Source of the DNA: a bacterium
Lineage (GTDB): Bacteria > UBP14 > UBA6098
Direction: 5' to 3'
Assembly (NCBI GenBank): GCA_023145965.1
Contig: JAGLDC010000007.1
Coordinates: 5,574 to 69,573, forward strand
Length of the DNA stretch: 64,000 nt
Shown here: positions 9,293-19,305 of the stretch, piece after piece
Layout of the letters: each line of letters starts with the position of its first letter
How positions within the stretch are numbered: position 1 is the stretch's first letter
Made by a program: the position numbers and the translations under genes
Notes under the pieces: model-generated
What the model was told of the DNA's origin: nothing
Databases searched by the model: none
Seen by the model: only the letters and a program-made list of their open reading frames with translations

Positions 9293-10598
9293 AGGTCTTC
9301 CGGCTAGAATGTTAACCTATCGCGCCCTTTTGGCAGCCCATAGAGGTGCTGGATTGGAAGGCTATCTCGATAGGCTTCTCGCTCAGGAGGCATTATCCAT
9401 TCAGGATAACGCCCTGGCCTATGCTATATGCATGGCAGTATATAGACATCTTTTCAAAATCGATCGAATAATTGATGAGTTTACACCGAGCAAAAAAATC
9501 GATGATGAAATAAGAATAATCTTGCAGATGGGCACTGCTCAATGGCTTTATTTTTCTAAAATACCTAGCCATGCAATCGTATCTACATCTGTTGATTTGG
9601 TCCGCAAGATTAAAAAGAGCAGCGCAACAGGCTTCGTAAATGCTGTTATGCGAAAGATAACTTCCTCTAAAATTTATAGTTTTGATTATGCGAACGATAT
9701 CGAGAAAATAAGTGTGGAATACTCACATCCGAGATGGCTTATTGAAAGATGGATAAAAAGATACGGCATGGATTTCACGATCGCCTTGGTCGAAGCAAAC
9801 AATGAAGAACCACCATTGACTATTCGAGTTAACACTCGTGCTTTGAATGTCGAAGATATGCAGAACCAGCTTCTTTCAGTGGGTATTGCAAATTCGGCCG
9901 ATGAAGACTATCCCGAATATTTAACTATCGAAGAAAAACGAAATCCAGCGATGCTCCCCGGATTTACCCAAGGCCATTTCACAGTTCAAGATCCAGCTTT
10001 TGGCCTCCCGGTTTGGATTCTTGCCCCAAGACCTGGAGAAAAGGTGCTGGAAATCGGTTGTGCCCCCGGGGGTAAGCTTTCCCATCTTGCTGAGATTGCG
10101 GGAGGCGATATTGAGCTTCATGGTGTCGATATATCACCCGAAAGGATCGGTTTTACAAGTAATAATCTTGATCGTTTAGGGCTTCTCGAAGATGTTCATC
10201 TTCAAATTGCCGATGTTTTAGATCTTGATATGAAAGGGTATTATGATGCTATATTGCTTGATGTGCCGTGTTCTTCTCTTGGTGTAATTCGTCGTCACCC
10301 GGAGATAAGATATAATAGAAAACCCGATGATATTGAAAGTTTGGCAATTCTTCAACACAAACTCATCGATAAGGCAGTATCGCTCTTAGCGCCAAGGGGT
10401 AGGCTTATTTATTGTTCTTGCTCGACAGAGCCACAGGAGGGTGAGGACCATTTTTCTGTGTTACCTGCTGGCATGAGATTTAAAAAGATAATATCTGGTA
10501 TTCCGTCAAAATATAAAGAGGGTGATTTTGTCCGAACTTGGCCGCAAAGAGATAATCTCGATGGCGCTTTCATCGCGTCGGTCGAACTAGAAAGCTAA
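9279..10598 (+). CDS. rsmB: 16S rRNA (cytosine967-C5)-methyltransferase RsmB/Sun family (NusB-like N-domain plus SAM-dependent methyltransferase)
   Basis: SAM-binding motif VLEIGCAPGGKLSHLAE and catalytic LDVPCSSLGVIRRHPEIRY. The start is chosen at MNIIKGL (the ORF-track start at 9195 would overlap the previous gene by ~100 nt). Confidence 0.8.
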   Translation: MNIIKGLPARMLTYRALLAAHRGAGLEGYLDRLLAQEALSIQDNALAYAICMAVYRHLFKIDRIIDEFTPSKKIDDEIRIILQMGTAQWLYFSKIPSHAIVSTSVDLVRKIKKSSATGFVNAVMRKITSSKIYSFDYANDIEKISVEYSHPRWLIERWIKRYGMDFTIALVEANNEEPPLTIRVNTRALNVEDMQNQLLSVGIANSADEDYPEYLTIEEKRNPAMLPGFTQGHFTVQDPAFGLPVWILAPRPGEKVLEIGCAPGGKLSHLAEIAGGDIELHGVDISPERIGFTSNNLDRLGLLEDVHLQIADVLDLDMKGYYDAILLDVPCSSLGVIRRHPEIRYNRKPDDIESLAILQHKLIDKAVSLLAPRGRLIYCSCSTEPQEGEDHFSVLPAGMRFKKIISGIPSKYKEGDFVRTWPQRDNLDGAFIASVELES

Positions 10599-11149
10599 GT
10601 GTGCTTTCTGTTTTCCCTGTCTTTTTCAGCCTCTAATTCGCTGAATATGCATCCACACCAACGCTGGCGATAGAGCCCCATTTTCTTGCTTTCCGTAATA
10701 CCTTTTCCCCATAAGGGTCTGAAATCTCGATATAGAAAGGTAATGCCATGTTTTGTGGCGGCGCTTTCTGCTGTTGAGATTATCGCCGAGTGATCTTGAT
10801 ATTTAGAATAAAGAAGTGTAGTGGTGAAAGCAGAAAAGCCCTCTTTTTTTGCTATTTTTGCTGTTTTTTCGAGTCGTTCGGAATAACAAAATTCGCACCT
10901 CTTACCCTTATCGAAACCCTCTAGAAGAAGCTTAAGGTTATCGTTTAGCAGATATTTATCTTCATATATTACCGGTAGATCGACAGCTTCTGCAAATTGC
11001 ACTACAACTGAGCGCCTTTTTTTCCATTCGCCATATGGATGTATCGATGGATTGAACCATAAACCAGCAACGTCAAAATCCTCCTCTCGGAGGTTTTTAA
11101 CACACATGACAGCACAGGGGGCACAACAAATATGAAGCAAGACTTTCAT
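10595..11149 (-). CDS. queH: Epoxyqueuosine reductase QueH (DUF208 family)
   Basis: N-terminus MKVLLHICCAPC and the Cys-rich C-terminus RWCGCIFS are characteristic of DUF208/QueH. 184 aa. Confidence 0.75.
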   Translation of the reverse strand: MKVLLHICCAPCAVMCVKNLREEDFDVAGLWFNPSIHPYGEWKKRRSVVVQFAEAVDLPVIYEDKYLLNDNLKLLLEGFDKGKRCEFCYSERLEKTAKIAKKEGFSAFTTTLLYSKYQDHSAIISTAESAATKHGITFLYRDFRPLWGKGITESKKMGLYRQRWCGCIFSELEAEKDRENRKHT

Positions 11150-11267
11150 TGTATTTCTTCTATAAATTCCTCGAACAGAACCTCTTAAGGTTTTTGTTTT
11201 CGGTCTTTATTTTTGGATGGCAATTAGTTTATTTTATTGGGATTCTGCAACTTTACTTCGTTTCAGT

Positions 11268-12194
11268 TTATGACAATAGACCCTCGATTATCAAATCGAC
11301 TGCTTCATCCTCGGAAAGACCCCTAGACAACAGAGTTTCGAGCTGTTTATTATCGACACTGCCAATAGCGGCTTCGTGTGTAACATGGGCTTTTGCGTTC
11401 TTAACCTCGACAATTGGCACTGCCTTGGCAGTTGCGTCATCTTGGACTATTTCTTTGCAATCGACATGGCCACGCGCATAAGGTGCATCGGCAATGAGGA
11501 CGTTGTATATTTCGGCGCGTGCCCGATCTCGAACCGCTATTCGTGAATTTAAGACTCCCACCGCGTGTTCGCCTAAAAGATACGCAGATTCTTTTATCTT
11601 TATTATATCGTCGCCTTTGCCGCTTATCTTAGATGTCATCTCCATGGTGCTACCTGCTGCCACGGTGGTTTCATAATCGATGTCGATTAAACCAACACGC
11701 CCTTTGATTAATTCGAAATCCGTTTTGAAACGGGCATTTTCTGCAAGCTTAACCCTCGCTTTAGGAATTACTGTAATTCCCCCGAGAGGGCTGTGTATAT
11801 GACGCTCGAGATATCGATATTCTGCGCCATTTTCGACTACAATTTCAGCATCCATAATATGCTTGACATCGACTGAGGATGGAAAAACGCAATGCGCGAA
11901 TATGTTGATCTTTGCTCCTTCGCCGACTCGCACATTCATCCTAATGTGCTGCAGTGCGTATTCATGAAGAACACCGAAACATAAATGCACCGGTTTTTCG
12001 ATAACGACCCCATTGAGAACATTCATAACCACGCGAACGCCGTCACTCATCTCTTCTGTGTAAACCTTAAGGCCTTTAACGAGTTTGCTGTCGGTGACTT
12101 TATTAAGGTTTATCGTTAAACGAGGCGCGGTTGGATCATGCATGAGGTTTTCCAAACCAGCTGCTGAATAAAGTTTTTTGGCGTCCATACTCAT
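11268..12194 (-). CDS. sufD: Fe-S cluster assembly protein, short SufB/SufD family
   Basis: 308 aa, directly downstream of sufC with a 4-nt overlap. Beta-helix-like repeat region with a C-terminal helical LSRGLSEDEAVDLIIEGLL, typical of SufB/SufD. Confidence 0.65.
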   Translation of the reverse strand: MSMDAKKLYSAAGLENLMHDPTAPRLTINLNKVTDSKLVKGLKVYTEEMSDGVRVVMNVLNGVVIEKPVHLCFGVLHEYALQHIRMNVRVGEGAKINIFAHCVFPSSVDVKHIMDAEIVVENGAEYRYLERHIHSPLGGITVIPKARVKLAENARFKTDFELIKGRVGLIDIDYETTVAAGSTMEMTSKISGKGDDIIKIKESAYLLGEHAVGVLNSRIAVRDRARAEIYNVLIADAPYARGHVDCKEIVQDDATAKAVPIVEVKNAKAHVTHEAAIGSVDNKQLETLLSRGLSEDEAVDLIIEGLLS

Positions 12195-12925
12195 TTCCCT
12201 CCATTGAAGCTTGGGTGGTTTTTATGGTCGCAGGGAATGCACTGATGCGAGAAATATTTCGTTATTTTTGAAATATCGCCTTTGTCAACTATCTTGCCGC
12301 AACATATAAGAAATGCATTTTCAGCATGGCTTAAAACCTCCATGCTGTGCGTAATAAGGATAACTGTAGCACCTATCTCTTTCAGATATTTAAGGGATTC
12401 AAAAATCCGATTGAGTGAAGCAACATCGATTCCGGAATCGGGTTCATCGAGCATCACAAGTTTCGGTTTCATAGCGAGTATCGAAGCAAGCTCGATTTTC
12501 TTTCGTTCACCACCACTGAGTGTTTTATCGACAGCACGATTCAAATACTCGTCGGGATTGATTCCAACCTTGTCGAGAACGGAAGAAACCGCCTTTGGTG
12601 ATTTATCCTTTGCGGAGGCTTTAATGAAGGCGCTAACCCTCATGCCCTCATATCGAGCCGGTTCTTGCCAAGCGAGTGTGATCCCGAGGCGCGCACGCTC
12701 GTCTATCGGCATGTTTTTTATAGACTTGCCCATAAATTGAATATCACCGGAAAAATGGCGATAGCCTTCGAGGCCCATAATAGTGAATGCTGTTGTTGAT
12801 TTGCCGGCACCGTTTGGCCCGACCAAAGCATGAATATGGCCATCCCAGAAATCGATATTTAAACCGTCTAGAATTTTACTTCCACCGAGTTCGAGAGTTA
12901 CATCTTTAATAATTAATTTGCCCAT
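12191..12925 (-). CDS. sufC: Fe-S cluster assembly ATPase SufC
   Basis: Walker A GPNGAGKST, ABC signature LSGGERKK, Walker B LVMLDEPDSGID. 244 aa. Confidence 0.9.
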   Translation of the reverse strand: MGKLIIKDVTLELGGSKILDGLNIDFWDGHIHALVGPNGAGKSTTAFTIMGLEGYRHFSGDIQFMGKSIKNMPIDERARLGITLAWQEPARYEGMRVSAFIKASAKDKSPKAVSSVLDKVGINPDEYLNRAVDKTLSGGERKKIELASILAMKPKLVMLDEPDSGIDVASLNRIFESLKYLKEIGATVILITHSMEVLSHAENAFLICCGKIVDKGDISKITKYFSHQCIPCDHKNHPSFNGGK

Positions 12926-13407
12926 TATTTATCTTTTAACTCCTTAAGTTTAGAAAGCACCGCCTCTGCGTGTCCTTGAACCTTAACTTTGAGCCAATGG
13001 TAGGCGATTACTCCATTAGCGTCTATCAAGAGCGTGCTTCTCACTACACCGTGGTATTCTCTTCCGAAGTTTTTCTTGAGTTGCCATGCTCCATATTTTT
13101 CTATAACCTCGTGCGATGGATCGGAGAGAAGTAGAATAGATAATTCCTGTTTTTCGATAAATCTTGCGTGGCTTTGAGGTGAGTCAGGACTTATCCCGAT
13201 AATCGAAGCCCCATTTTCCTCGAATTCCGGTTTCAGGGCACTGAATGCTTGGGCTTCTTTGGTGCAACCAGAAGTGTTGTCCTTAGGATAGAAGTAAAGA
13301 GCAATCCATTTTCCGTGGAACTCTGAGAGAGAATGCTCTTTGCTGTTAGCTGAAAGAAGTTGAAATTCAGGAGCAGGATTGCCGATTAATTTGTTTTTAT
13401 TTTCCAA
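12925..13407 (-). CDS. bcp: Thiol peroxidase Bcp / PrxQ (peroxiredoxin)
   Basis: FYPKDNTSGCTKEAQAF contains the peroxidatic Cys in the canonical Bcp context (FYPKxxTPGCT). 160 aa. Confidence 0.85.
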   Translation of the reverse strand: MENKNKLIGNPAPEFQLLSANSKEHSLSEFHGKWIALYFYPKDNTSGCTKEAQAFSALKPEFEENGASIIGISPDSPQSHARFIEKQELSILLLSDPSHEVIEKYGAWQLKKNFGREYHGVVRSTLLIDANGVIAYHWLKVKVQGHAEAVLSKLKELKDK

Positions 13408-13430
13408 CGTTATTCGACCTTACTATCGTT

Positions 13431-14126
13431 TTATATATTGTGAGGCATTTGGCTATTTTCAGAAGGTTTGTAGCCAATTCTATCGAAAGGATTGACTACT
13501 GAAGATGCTATGTTCTTGAGGTGTGCGCTTATTCTCTTCAGATACCTAGCGGCTAGAGCGACAAGAACACGTTGATTACATGTTAGCGTCAGATCGAGTT
13601 CCTCTTCTTGTATCATTTCAGCGATAATATTTTCGCATAGTTTTGAGTTAATTTGATGGATAGCCATCACCTCATGTGCGGTATTTGAATCTGCAATTTC
13701 GAATGCTTCTAGAGTTTTATCGAACATTTTGTCAACATTGCTGTTAACCGTGCGAAGTTGGTCTATGATCGGCGCAAAAGAAAACTGACGGCCATAGAGT
13801 CCCCATAACTCGAAAAAGTTTTTTGAATAATCACCTAGTCGCTCGATATCGACGGCAATAGTCGTAAGAACTAATGCTGCTGTTGTATCTTGTTTTCTTG
13901 AGATCGAAAGGTGTTCCAGAACTTTTTTTCTTGTGTCGATCTCGTATTTATTAATGAGTTTATCAGTTTCATATATCATATTTTTATCAGCTGATTCTCC
14001 AAGGAAAAGTGGGGCAGCGGCTCTTGTGAAAAACTCCTTTGCTATTTGTAGCATTTCAGATGTTTCCTTAAAGGCCTGCCGTAAAAGGTCATCATTGTTC
14101 CAGAGAGATAAAAGTTGCTTAAACAT
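13431..14126 (-). CDS. PhoU-like domain protein (partner of the Na/Pi cotransporter)
   Basis: 231 aa, all-helical, with a two-repeat PhoU-like layout. The start codon directly abuts the transporter stop (TAAATG). Confidence 0.55.
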   Translation of the reverse strand: MFKQLLSLWNNDDLLRQAFKETSEMLQIAKEFFTRAAAPLFLGESADKNMIYETDKLINKYEIDTRKKVLEHLSISRKQDTTAALVLTTIAVDIERLGDYSKNFFELWGLYGRQFSFAPIIDQLRTVNSNVDKMFDKTLEAFEIADSNTAHEVMAIHQINSKLCENIIAEMIQEEELDLTLTCNQRVLVALAARYLKRISAHLKNIASSVVNPFDRIGYKPSENSQMPHNI

Positions 14127-15248
14127 TTAAAATCCTTTCGTTAGGAATATTAAAAGTAATGGTATTCCGTAAAATAATAGGCAGATATATATAAGTGCAA
14201 AACCCCTTTTCTTCGTTACATAACTGGCTATAAACTTCGCCAAAGAAATTGGTATTTTACGAAGAGGATACCAAATAGCCATTCCTGAGAGGTTAAAAAG
14301 AAGATGGACAAAGGATGTAGCGATGGCGACAGGGCTTTGTGTGACAAGCGCGGCAAGAAGAGCTGTAATTGTTGTTCCGATATTGGAACCGATTGTATAT
14401 GGGAAAACCTGCTCTAAAGACAATATGCCGGCCCCTACCAGGGGCACCGCTAGGGATGTAACCACCGAGCTCGACTGAATTATTGCTGTAAGTAACATAC
14501 CGATAACAAGGCTTCTTAGAGGTTTGGCAAATAGATAGTTATGCAGTAAACGTTCTATCTTGCCAATAACGAGAGATTTCATTGCTTTAACTAGTTGAGT
14601 TAAAGCAACGAAAAGGAATGCAAAAGCTAAGACAAGGCCTAAAATACCTGCTAGTTTTGCATTGGATATGGAACCTGCGATTAAAGATAGAATAAATTCA
14701 GCCAGAGGAGAAACTAACACTTTCAGGGGACTAGCAATTTTAAAACCGCCAACACCGCAAAATATTCCGGATAGAAAAATAGCTGATTTTTCGAGGTAAT
14801 GAGTGAAACTTTCGAGTGGCAAAAAGATTAAAACCGAAAGCATATTAAACACATCATGGATTATTGCGCCGGAAAATGCTCTTCTAAACTCGGTCGGTCT
14901 GGTTATATGGGCTAGGGAAACAAGCGAGTTTGTGACTGTGGTTCCTATGTTTGCCCCCATTATTATTGGGATAGCTCCCCGAATTGGCACAACTCCAGCT
15001 GCCACCATGCCCACTACAACAGAGGTTGTGCATGAGGAACTCTGCACAAGGCTAGTTGCCAATATCCCAATAAATAAACCGATAAGTGGATTGGAGGTTA
15101 AAGTGAATAGTCTCGAGGCAAAATCACTCCCGAACATCTTGAATGAGCATGACATCATCTCGATACTTACTAGAAATAAATATAAAAAGACAAATAATCC
15201 GACAACCTTCGATGTCGTAATTAATTTCTCTTTTAATTTTACGTCCAA
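14127..15248 (-). CDS. Na+/phosphate cotransporter, NptA/type II family
   Basis: Duplicated motifs QSSSCTTSVVVGMVAAG..IMGANIGTTVTN and QSSSVVTSLAVPLV..IGSNIGTTITA are typical of Na/Pi cotransporter family (PF02690) repeats. Confidence 0.8.
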   Translation of the reverse strand: MDVKLKEKLITTSKVVGLFVFLYLFLVSIEMMSCSFKMFGSDFASRLFTLTSNPLIGLFIGILATSLVQSSSCTTSVVVGMVAAGVVPIRGAIPIIMGANIGTTVTNSLVSLAHITRPTEFRRAFSGAIIHDVFNMLSVLIFLPLESFTHYLEKSAIFLSGIFCGVGGFKIASPLKVLVSPLAEFILSLIAGSISNAKLAGILGLVLAFAFLFVALTQLVKAMKSLVIGKIERLLHNYLFAKPLRSLVIGMLLTAIIQSSSVVTSLAVPLVGAGILSLEQVFPYTIGSNIGTTITALLAALVTQSPVAIATSFVHLLFNLSGMAIWYPLRKIPISLAKFIASYVTKKRGFALIYICLLFYGIPLLLIFLTKGF

Positions 15249-15263
15249 TTTAGCCCTTTCGGG

Positions 15264-15632
15264 TTATTTTTTTTCGAGCAGGACAGTGTCTTCATGAGTA
15301 TATCTCGGAGTGCACATACAAAGGAAGACCAGTGGTGTATTGCTGGTGTTTTTAATCCTATGCGGCACGCCCGGGAGGTTGGCTATAGCATCACCTTTTT
15401 TTACTGGTTGTTGTTCGTTATTTATCTCCATCAACCCTTTGCCCTCGAGAATATAATATATTTCCTCCGAGGTTTTGTGAATATGGATTATAGTTGAATC
15501 GCCTGGATATACGATGGCTTCGGCTAGCGATTGGCGTTCAATGTTGCTATTAGCTGGAGACATTATCTCCCTAATTTCACTTTTATCTTTAGTGATAAAA
15601 GCCTCGATATCGTTTCTATTTATAACGAACAT
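15264..15632 (-). CDS. Cupin domain protein
   Basis: Small beta-barrel motif GDSTIIHIHKTSEEIYYILEGKG..GDAIANLPGVPHRIKN (two-His cupin motif). Confidence 0.7.
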   Translation of the reverse strand: MFVINRNDIEAFITKDKSEIREIMSPANSNIERQSLAEAIVYPGDSTIIHIHKTSEEIYYILEGKGLMEINNEQQPVKKGDAIANLPGVPHRIKNTSNTPLVFLCMCTPRYTHEDTVLLEKK

Positions 15633-15725
15633 TTACACTCCTCTGAAGGCTGTCACGATTCGTGCTACGCCCTTCGGACGCACGAATCCTCACCTCGACA
15701 CCAATTCTTCTCCCGCGCCAGCTTA

Positions 15726-18104
15726 TTATTTTACTTCAATGACATATGGCATAAGATAGAGCGCTTCGTAATCTTCGAACGGAAAGATTGGTGCTTTTTT
15801 CAATTCATTCAGAACGGGCATTTGTTTGACCATGCTATCGAACATATTATCGACCATAGAGCTGGTTCCCGGAAGGAACCACAGTTCGAGGTTTTTTTCA
15901 TCTGCGCCGGATTCTTGAACAATGTAATCCAGTGCATCGAGGAAACCACCCAAGGAATCCACAAGTCCTACCTCGTGGGCACGTTCGCCTGTCCACACGC
16001 GTCCTCGACCGAGAACATCTACGCTATCGACAGGAATTTCACGGCTATCTGCGACCCAATCCTTGAATATGTCGTAGAATCTAAGCGAACCACTTTGGAT
16101 GCGTTCGCGTTGTTGAGTCGAGAATGTATCTGTTGAGGAATAGATGCCTGAATTTTGGCCTCGTTCGAATGTTGTTGTCGATATTCCGATTTTATCGTAA
16201 AGCCCGCCTAAAGCGAATTTCCCGGAAATGACTCCTATTGAGCCTGTTATTGTAACATTGTCGGCAAATATTTTCTTTGCTGGCATGGAAACGAGGTAGC
16301 CACCACTAGCGGCTGCATTACCCATGCTTACGACAAGAGGTTTTTTCTCTGCGGCATCGGTGAGGGCATGCGCCATAAGGTCGCTAGCTAGCGCGCTTCC
16401 TCCTCCGGAATTTACGCGTAGTAAAATGCCTTTTACAGATCTATTCTTCTTTGCAGCATTGACTGCCGCGATAATTTCCGTTTCTCCAACATTGGATCCT
16501 CCAAGAAGTCCACCGGACCCACCTTTTCCTTTAATAATATTACCTTCTATAACTATAACAGCTATTCGATCGGGTTCACCCCACTCCATTTTGCGATATT
16601 CTTGCATAGCGAAAATGCCGAATGGTTGTGGTTTGAGGTCTTTTTCTTTCTTGATAAATTTCTCAAACTGGTCGAAATACATAAGCGAATCGATGAGGCC
16701 TAGCGAGTCTGATTCTAGGTCGTTATATGGCCCATTATCGACAAGCTCTTTCGCTTTTTCAATTGTAATTCCGCGACTTTCGGCTATGCCAGAGAGGAAT
16801 TCCTTGTTGTAAGAATCTAGAAGCTCGTTTATGTTTTGTGCGGCATATTCTGAAGGTTCACTTCTGGTAAACATCTCCATAGCGGACTTGTATTCGCCAA
16901 TATTAACGAAATCAGGTTCGACACCTATCTTTTCAAATGTCCCCTTGAAAAACTTCATCTCGGCGCGAAGACCTAGAATGCCTATGCCGTTTCCAGATGG
17001 TGGAACAGCGATGAAATTAGCTACACTAGCGAGATAATAAGACAGGTTACCAAGATTGTCCGCATAGATATATATCTCTTTGCCATTAGCTTTAAATTCT
17101 TCGAATATATTCCTCAACTCCTCAGCCTGAGCGAAATCGAAACTAGGGGATTTATAACGAATAATAAGCGCCGATATCTGGTCATCTTCGGAGGCGCGCT
17201 GTATAGTCCTTAGAAGGTTAGCGAAGGTCTTTTTCTTGCCTTTAAAAATTCCTGACTGCGCCTTTTCGGCGTATTCGCCGTTTAGATCCAGACGAAGAGG
17301 ATAACTGGGTAGCTTAAAAAGACTAGGCAAGCGTTTGGAACTTGCTAAGGAATATATAGTGTATTCTGACCATTCATCGTCGATTCCGCTGGAGGCCACA
17401 GCTCCAACGCCGCCGAATGGGTTATCTATTCGGATTCCAGCGGATATTTCATCTACAGTCTCGCCAAGAATGTCTTCACCCAGATAGTCATATCTACCGA
17501 AAAAGCGAATGCCGTCCAGAAGGTGAAGCTCTCCACCGACACCCCACCCCAGGTCTTCCCAATCGACATTGTTCTGTTTAAGCATATCGCCAAAGATGGT
17601 AACGCGCCATGTTTTTGGTCGCAATGCCAAACCAAGCCTATGGCCTTTCATTGCCTGAGTGTTTTCATAGGTCCAACCCGCAGAGACAAAATCCCACGGA
17701 CGAACAATAGCACCAAATATCCATCCGTTACGCCAACCTTCGCCCCATGCGTCGGATGATGTCCATGTGCGTAGATAGCCCAATCCGAATGTGCGTTCAC
17801 CTAGGCCTGCTCCTAGCGTCCAACGTTTCATGCCTACTATATTTTCGTATCCGCCACCGAGGCCATTCAAGTTGAAAAGAATACCGTGTGTGTTCTCTAT
17901 GTTTAAAGCAGAACTAGAGTCACTAGAAAAACTCCCGAATATCGCTGATTCGGCGCCATGGTCGAGGCCAAGATATCCGGGATTAGTATGCATTCCCATG
18001 GGGTCGTCAATTGCGGCTGTTCCCCAATAAACGCCCTGCGCCACACAAAATCCCGCTAGTGCTAAAAGTATAAGCGCGCGGTTAAACGGTCTATTCATTC
18101 TCAC
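15726..18104 (-). CDS. sppA: Signal peptide peptidase SppA (67K type, two ClpP-fold domains) with a ~260-aa N-terminal Gly/Trp/Tyr-rich beta-rich extension
   Basis: C-terminal 530 aa carries two SppA domains (..ALIIRYKSPSFDFAQAEELR..; ..GILLRVNSGGGSALASDLM..SMGNAAASGGYLVSMPAKKIFADNVTITGSIGV). The N-terminal 260 aa after the signal peptide MRMNRPFNRALILLALAGFCVAQG is rich in G, W, Y and D with alternating patterns, resembling an outer-membrane beta-barrel. Confidence 0.8.
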   Translation of the reverse strand: MRMNRPFNRALILLALAGFCVAQGVYWGTAAIDDPMGMHTNPGYLGLDHGAESAIFGSFSSDSSSALNIENTHGILFNLNGLGGGYENIVGMKRWTLGAGLGERTFGLGYLRTWTSSDAWGEGWRNGWIFGAIVRPWDFVSAGWTYENTQAMKGHRLGLALRPKTWRVTIFGDMLKQNNVDWEDLGWGVGGELHLLDGIRFFGRYDYLGEDILGETVDEISAGIRIDNPFGGVGAVASSGIDDEWSEYTIYSLASSKRLPSLFKLPSYPLRLDLNGEYAEKAQSGIFKGKKKTFANLLRTIQRASEDDQISALIIRYKSPSFDFAQAEELRNIFEEFKANGKEIYIYADNLGNLSYYLASVANFIAVPPSGNGIGILGLRAEMKFFKGTFEKIGVEPDFVNIGEYKSAMEMFTRSEPSEYAAQNINELLDSYNKEFLSGIAESRGITIEKAKELVDNGPYNDLESDSLGLIDSLMYFDQFEKFIKKEKDLKPQPFGIFAMQEYRKMEWGEPDRIAVIVIEGNIIKGKGGSGGLLGGSNVGETEIIAAVNAAKKNRSVKGILLRVNSGGGSALASDLMAHALTDAAEKKPLVVSMGNAAASGGYLVSMPAKKIFADNVTITGSIGVISGKFALGGLYDKIGISTTTFERGQNSGIYSSTDTFSTQQRERIQSGSLRFYDIFKDWVADSREIPVDSVDVLGRGRVWTGERAHEVGLVDSLGGFLDALDYIVQESGADEKNLELWFLPGTSSMVDNMFDSMVKQMPVLNELKKAPIFPFEDYEALYLMPYVIEVK

Positions 18105-18429
18105 TCCTTATTATTGTTTAACTAATTCCACTATCAAAATATCGGTTTTATTTATGATTTTCTGGAATTCTCCAAGATATCTTCTCTTTTATCTGCACAA
18201 TCGGTGGGATTGTCGCAGGCTCAGTGTTTCTTCATCCTTTCATCGGGAAAACATGATATCGAGCATATGCATAAAAGGCAATAGCAAAATCGTTATCGTT
18301 CATTTCGATAAAGCGTTTGAGCCATGAAGGATACATCTCGAAAAAGCCTTTGTCATTAGCTCGTATAGAATCTCCATAATTTGATTTTTTGCTAAATTCC
18401 TTGTGCAAATATACAGAATTATCACCACT

Positions 18430-19287
18430 CTAAATTACGATTTTCCCATGTCTTGCGCAATGACAATTGAGATTTACCGCTACTGGAAGAGAAGCAATAT
18501 GGCATGGATAGACTTCTATGAAAACATCGAGTGCGGTGGTTTTTCCTCCCATACCCATAGGCCCCACTCCGGTTTCGTTTATTTCAGACAATAAAGTATT
18601 TTCTAAATCAGCGTAAAACGGATTTTTGTTTCTTTGTCCTATATCTCTGAGGAGGGCTTTTTTTGCGAGAAAAGCGCATTTTTCAAATGTGCCACCGATT
18701 CCGACTCCAACAATTACAGGTGGACATGGATTCCCTCCGGCTTGGATAACAGAATGTAAAACGAATTTCCTCACGCCATCGATACCGTCGGCGGGTTTAA
18801 GCATGGCGATTCGGCTCATATTCTCACTTCCGCCACCCTTAGGAGCATATATAATTTCGATTCTATTACCTTCGACAATCTCAAGCCAAATTATTGGCGG
18901 TGTGTTATCGCCGGTATTCGATGCGCGGTCTAATGGGTCTCTGACAATTGATTTTCTCAGATAACCATTAAGATGCCCTTTGGATACCCCCTCTGCAATT
19001 GCAGAATATATATCTCCGTCTGCAATTTCGACTTCTCTCCCAAGCTTAACAAAAAAAACAGAAAAACCGGTGTCCTGACAAAGGGGGGAATTTTCAACAG
19101 ATGCAAGTTGGGCATTTTGGATTATCTGTTCGAGAGTCCAAATTGCGATAGGATTGTCTTCGTGATTATAGCAGTCTTCGATTCGCTTAAGAACATCACA
19201 TGGAAGATTTGCGCAAACAGAAATACATAAACGCTCGACGGCTTCAACAACCTTAGAGGCATGAATCGAGCGCATAATTTCCTCCAA
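18430..19287 (-). CDS. fumA: Class I fumarate hydratase / L(+)-tartrate dehydratase alpha subunit (Fe-S hydro-lyase)
   Basis: CQDTGFSVFFVKLG contains the hallmark CQDTG motif of class I fumarase/TtdA alpha subunits. 285 aa. Confidence 0.8.
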   Translation of the reverse strand: MEEIMRSIHASKVVEAVERLCISVCANLPCDVLKRIEDCYNHEDNPIAIWTLEQIIQNAQLASVENSPLCQDTGFSVFFVKLGREVEIADGDIYSAIAEGVSKGHLNGYLRKSIVRDPLDRASNTGDNTPPIIWLEIVEGNRIEIIYAPKGGGSENMSRIAMLKPADGIDGVRKFVLHSVIQAGGNPCPPVIVGVGIGGTFEKCAFLAKKALLRDIGQRNKNPFYADLENTLLSEINETGVGPMGMGGKTTALDVFIEVYPCHIASLPVAVNLNCHCARHGKIVI

Positions 19288-19305
19288 TATATTGAAAAGG
19301 AAAAA

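Noticed and set aside
11149-11481. 110-aa plus-strand ORF at the queH/sufD boundary; also the 152-aa plus ORF at 12282-12740 inside sufC
   Set aside because: Both are antisense to the conserved sufD and sufC coding sequence. No support.
16324-16812. 162-aa plus-strand ORF within sppA
   Set aside because: Antisense to conserved SppA catalytic domains. Low-complexity Ser/Pro/Arg-rich translation. Spurious.
18105-18429. Possible fumarase beta-subunit remnant in the gap downstream of the alpha subunit
   Set aside because: I translated the minus strand of the gap. The longest frame is ~25 codons (MEILYELMTKAFSRCILHGSNALSK) with no beta-subunit motif.
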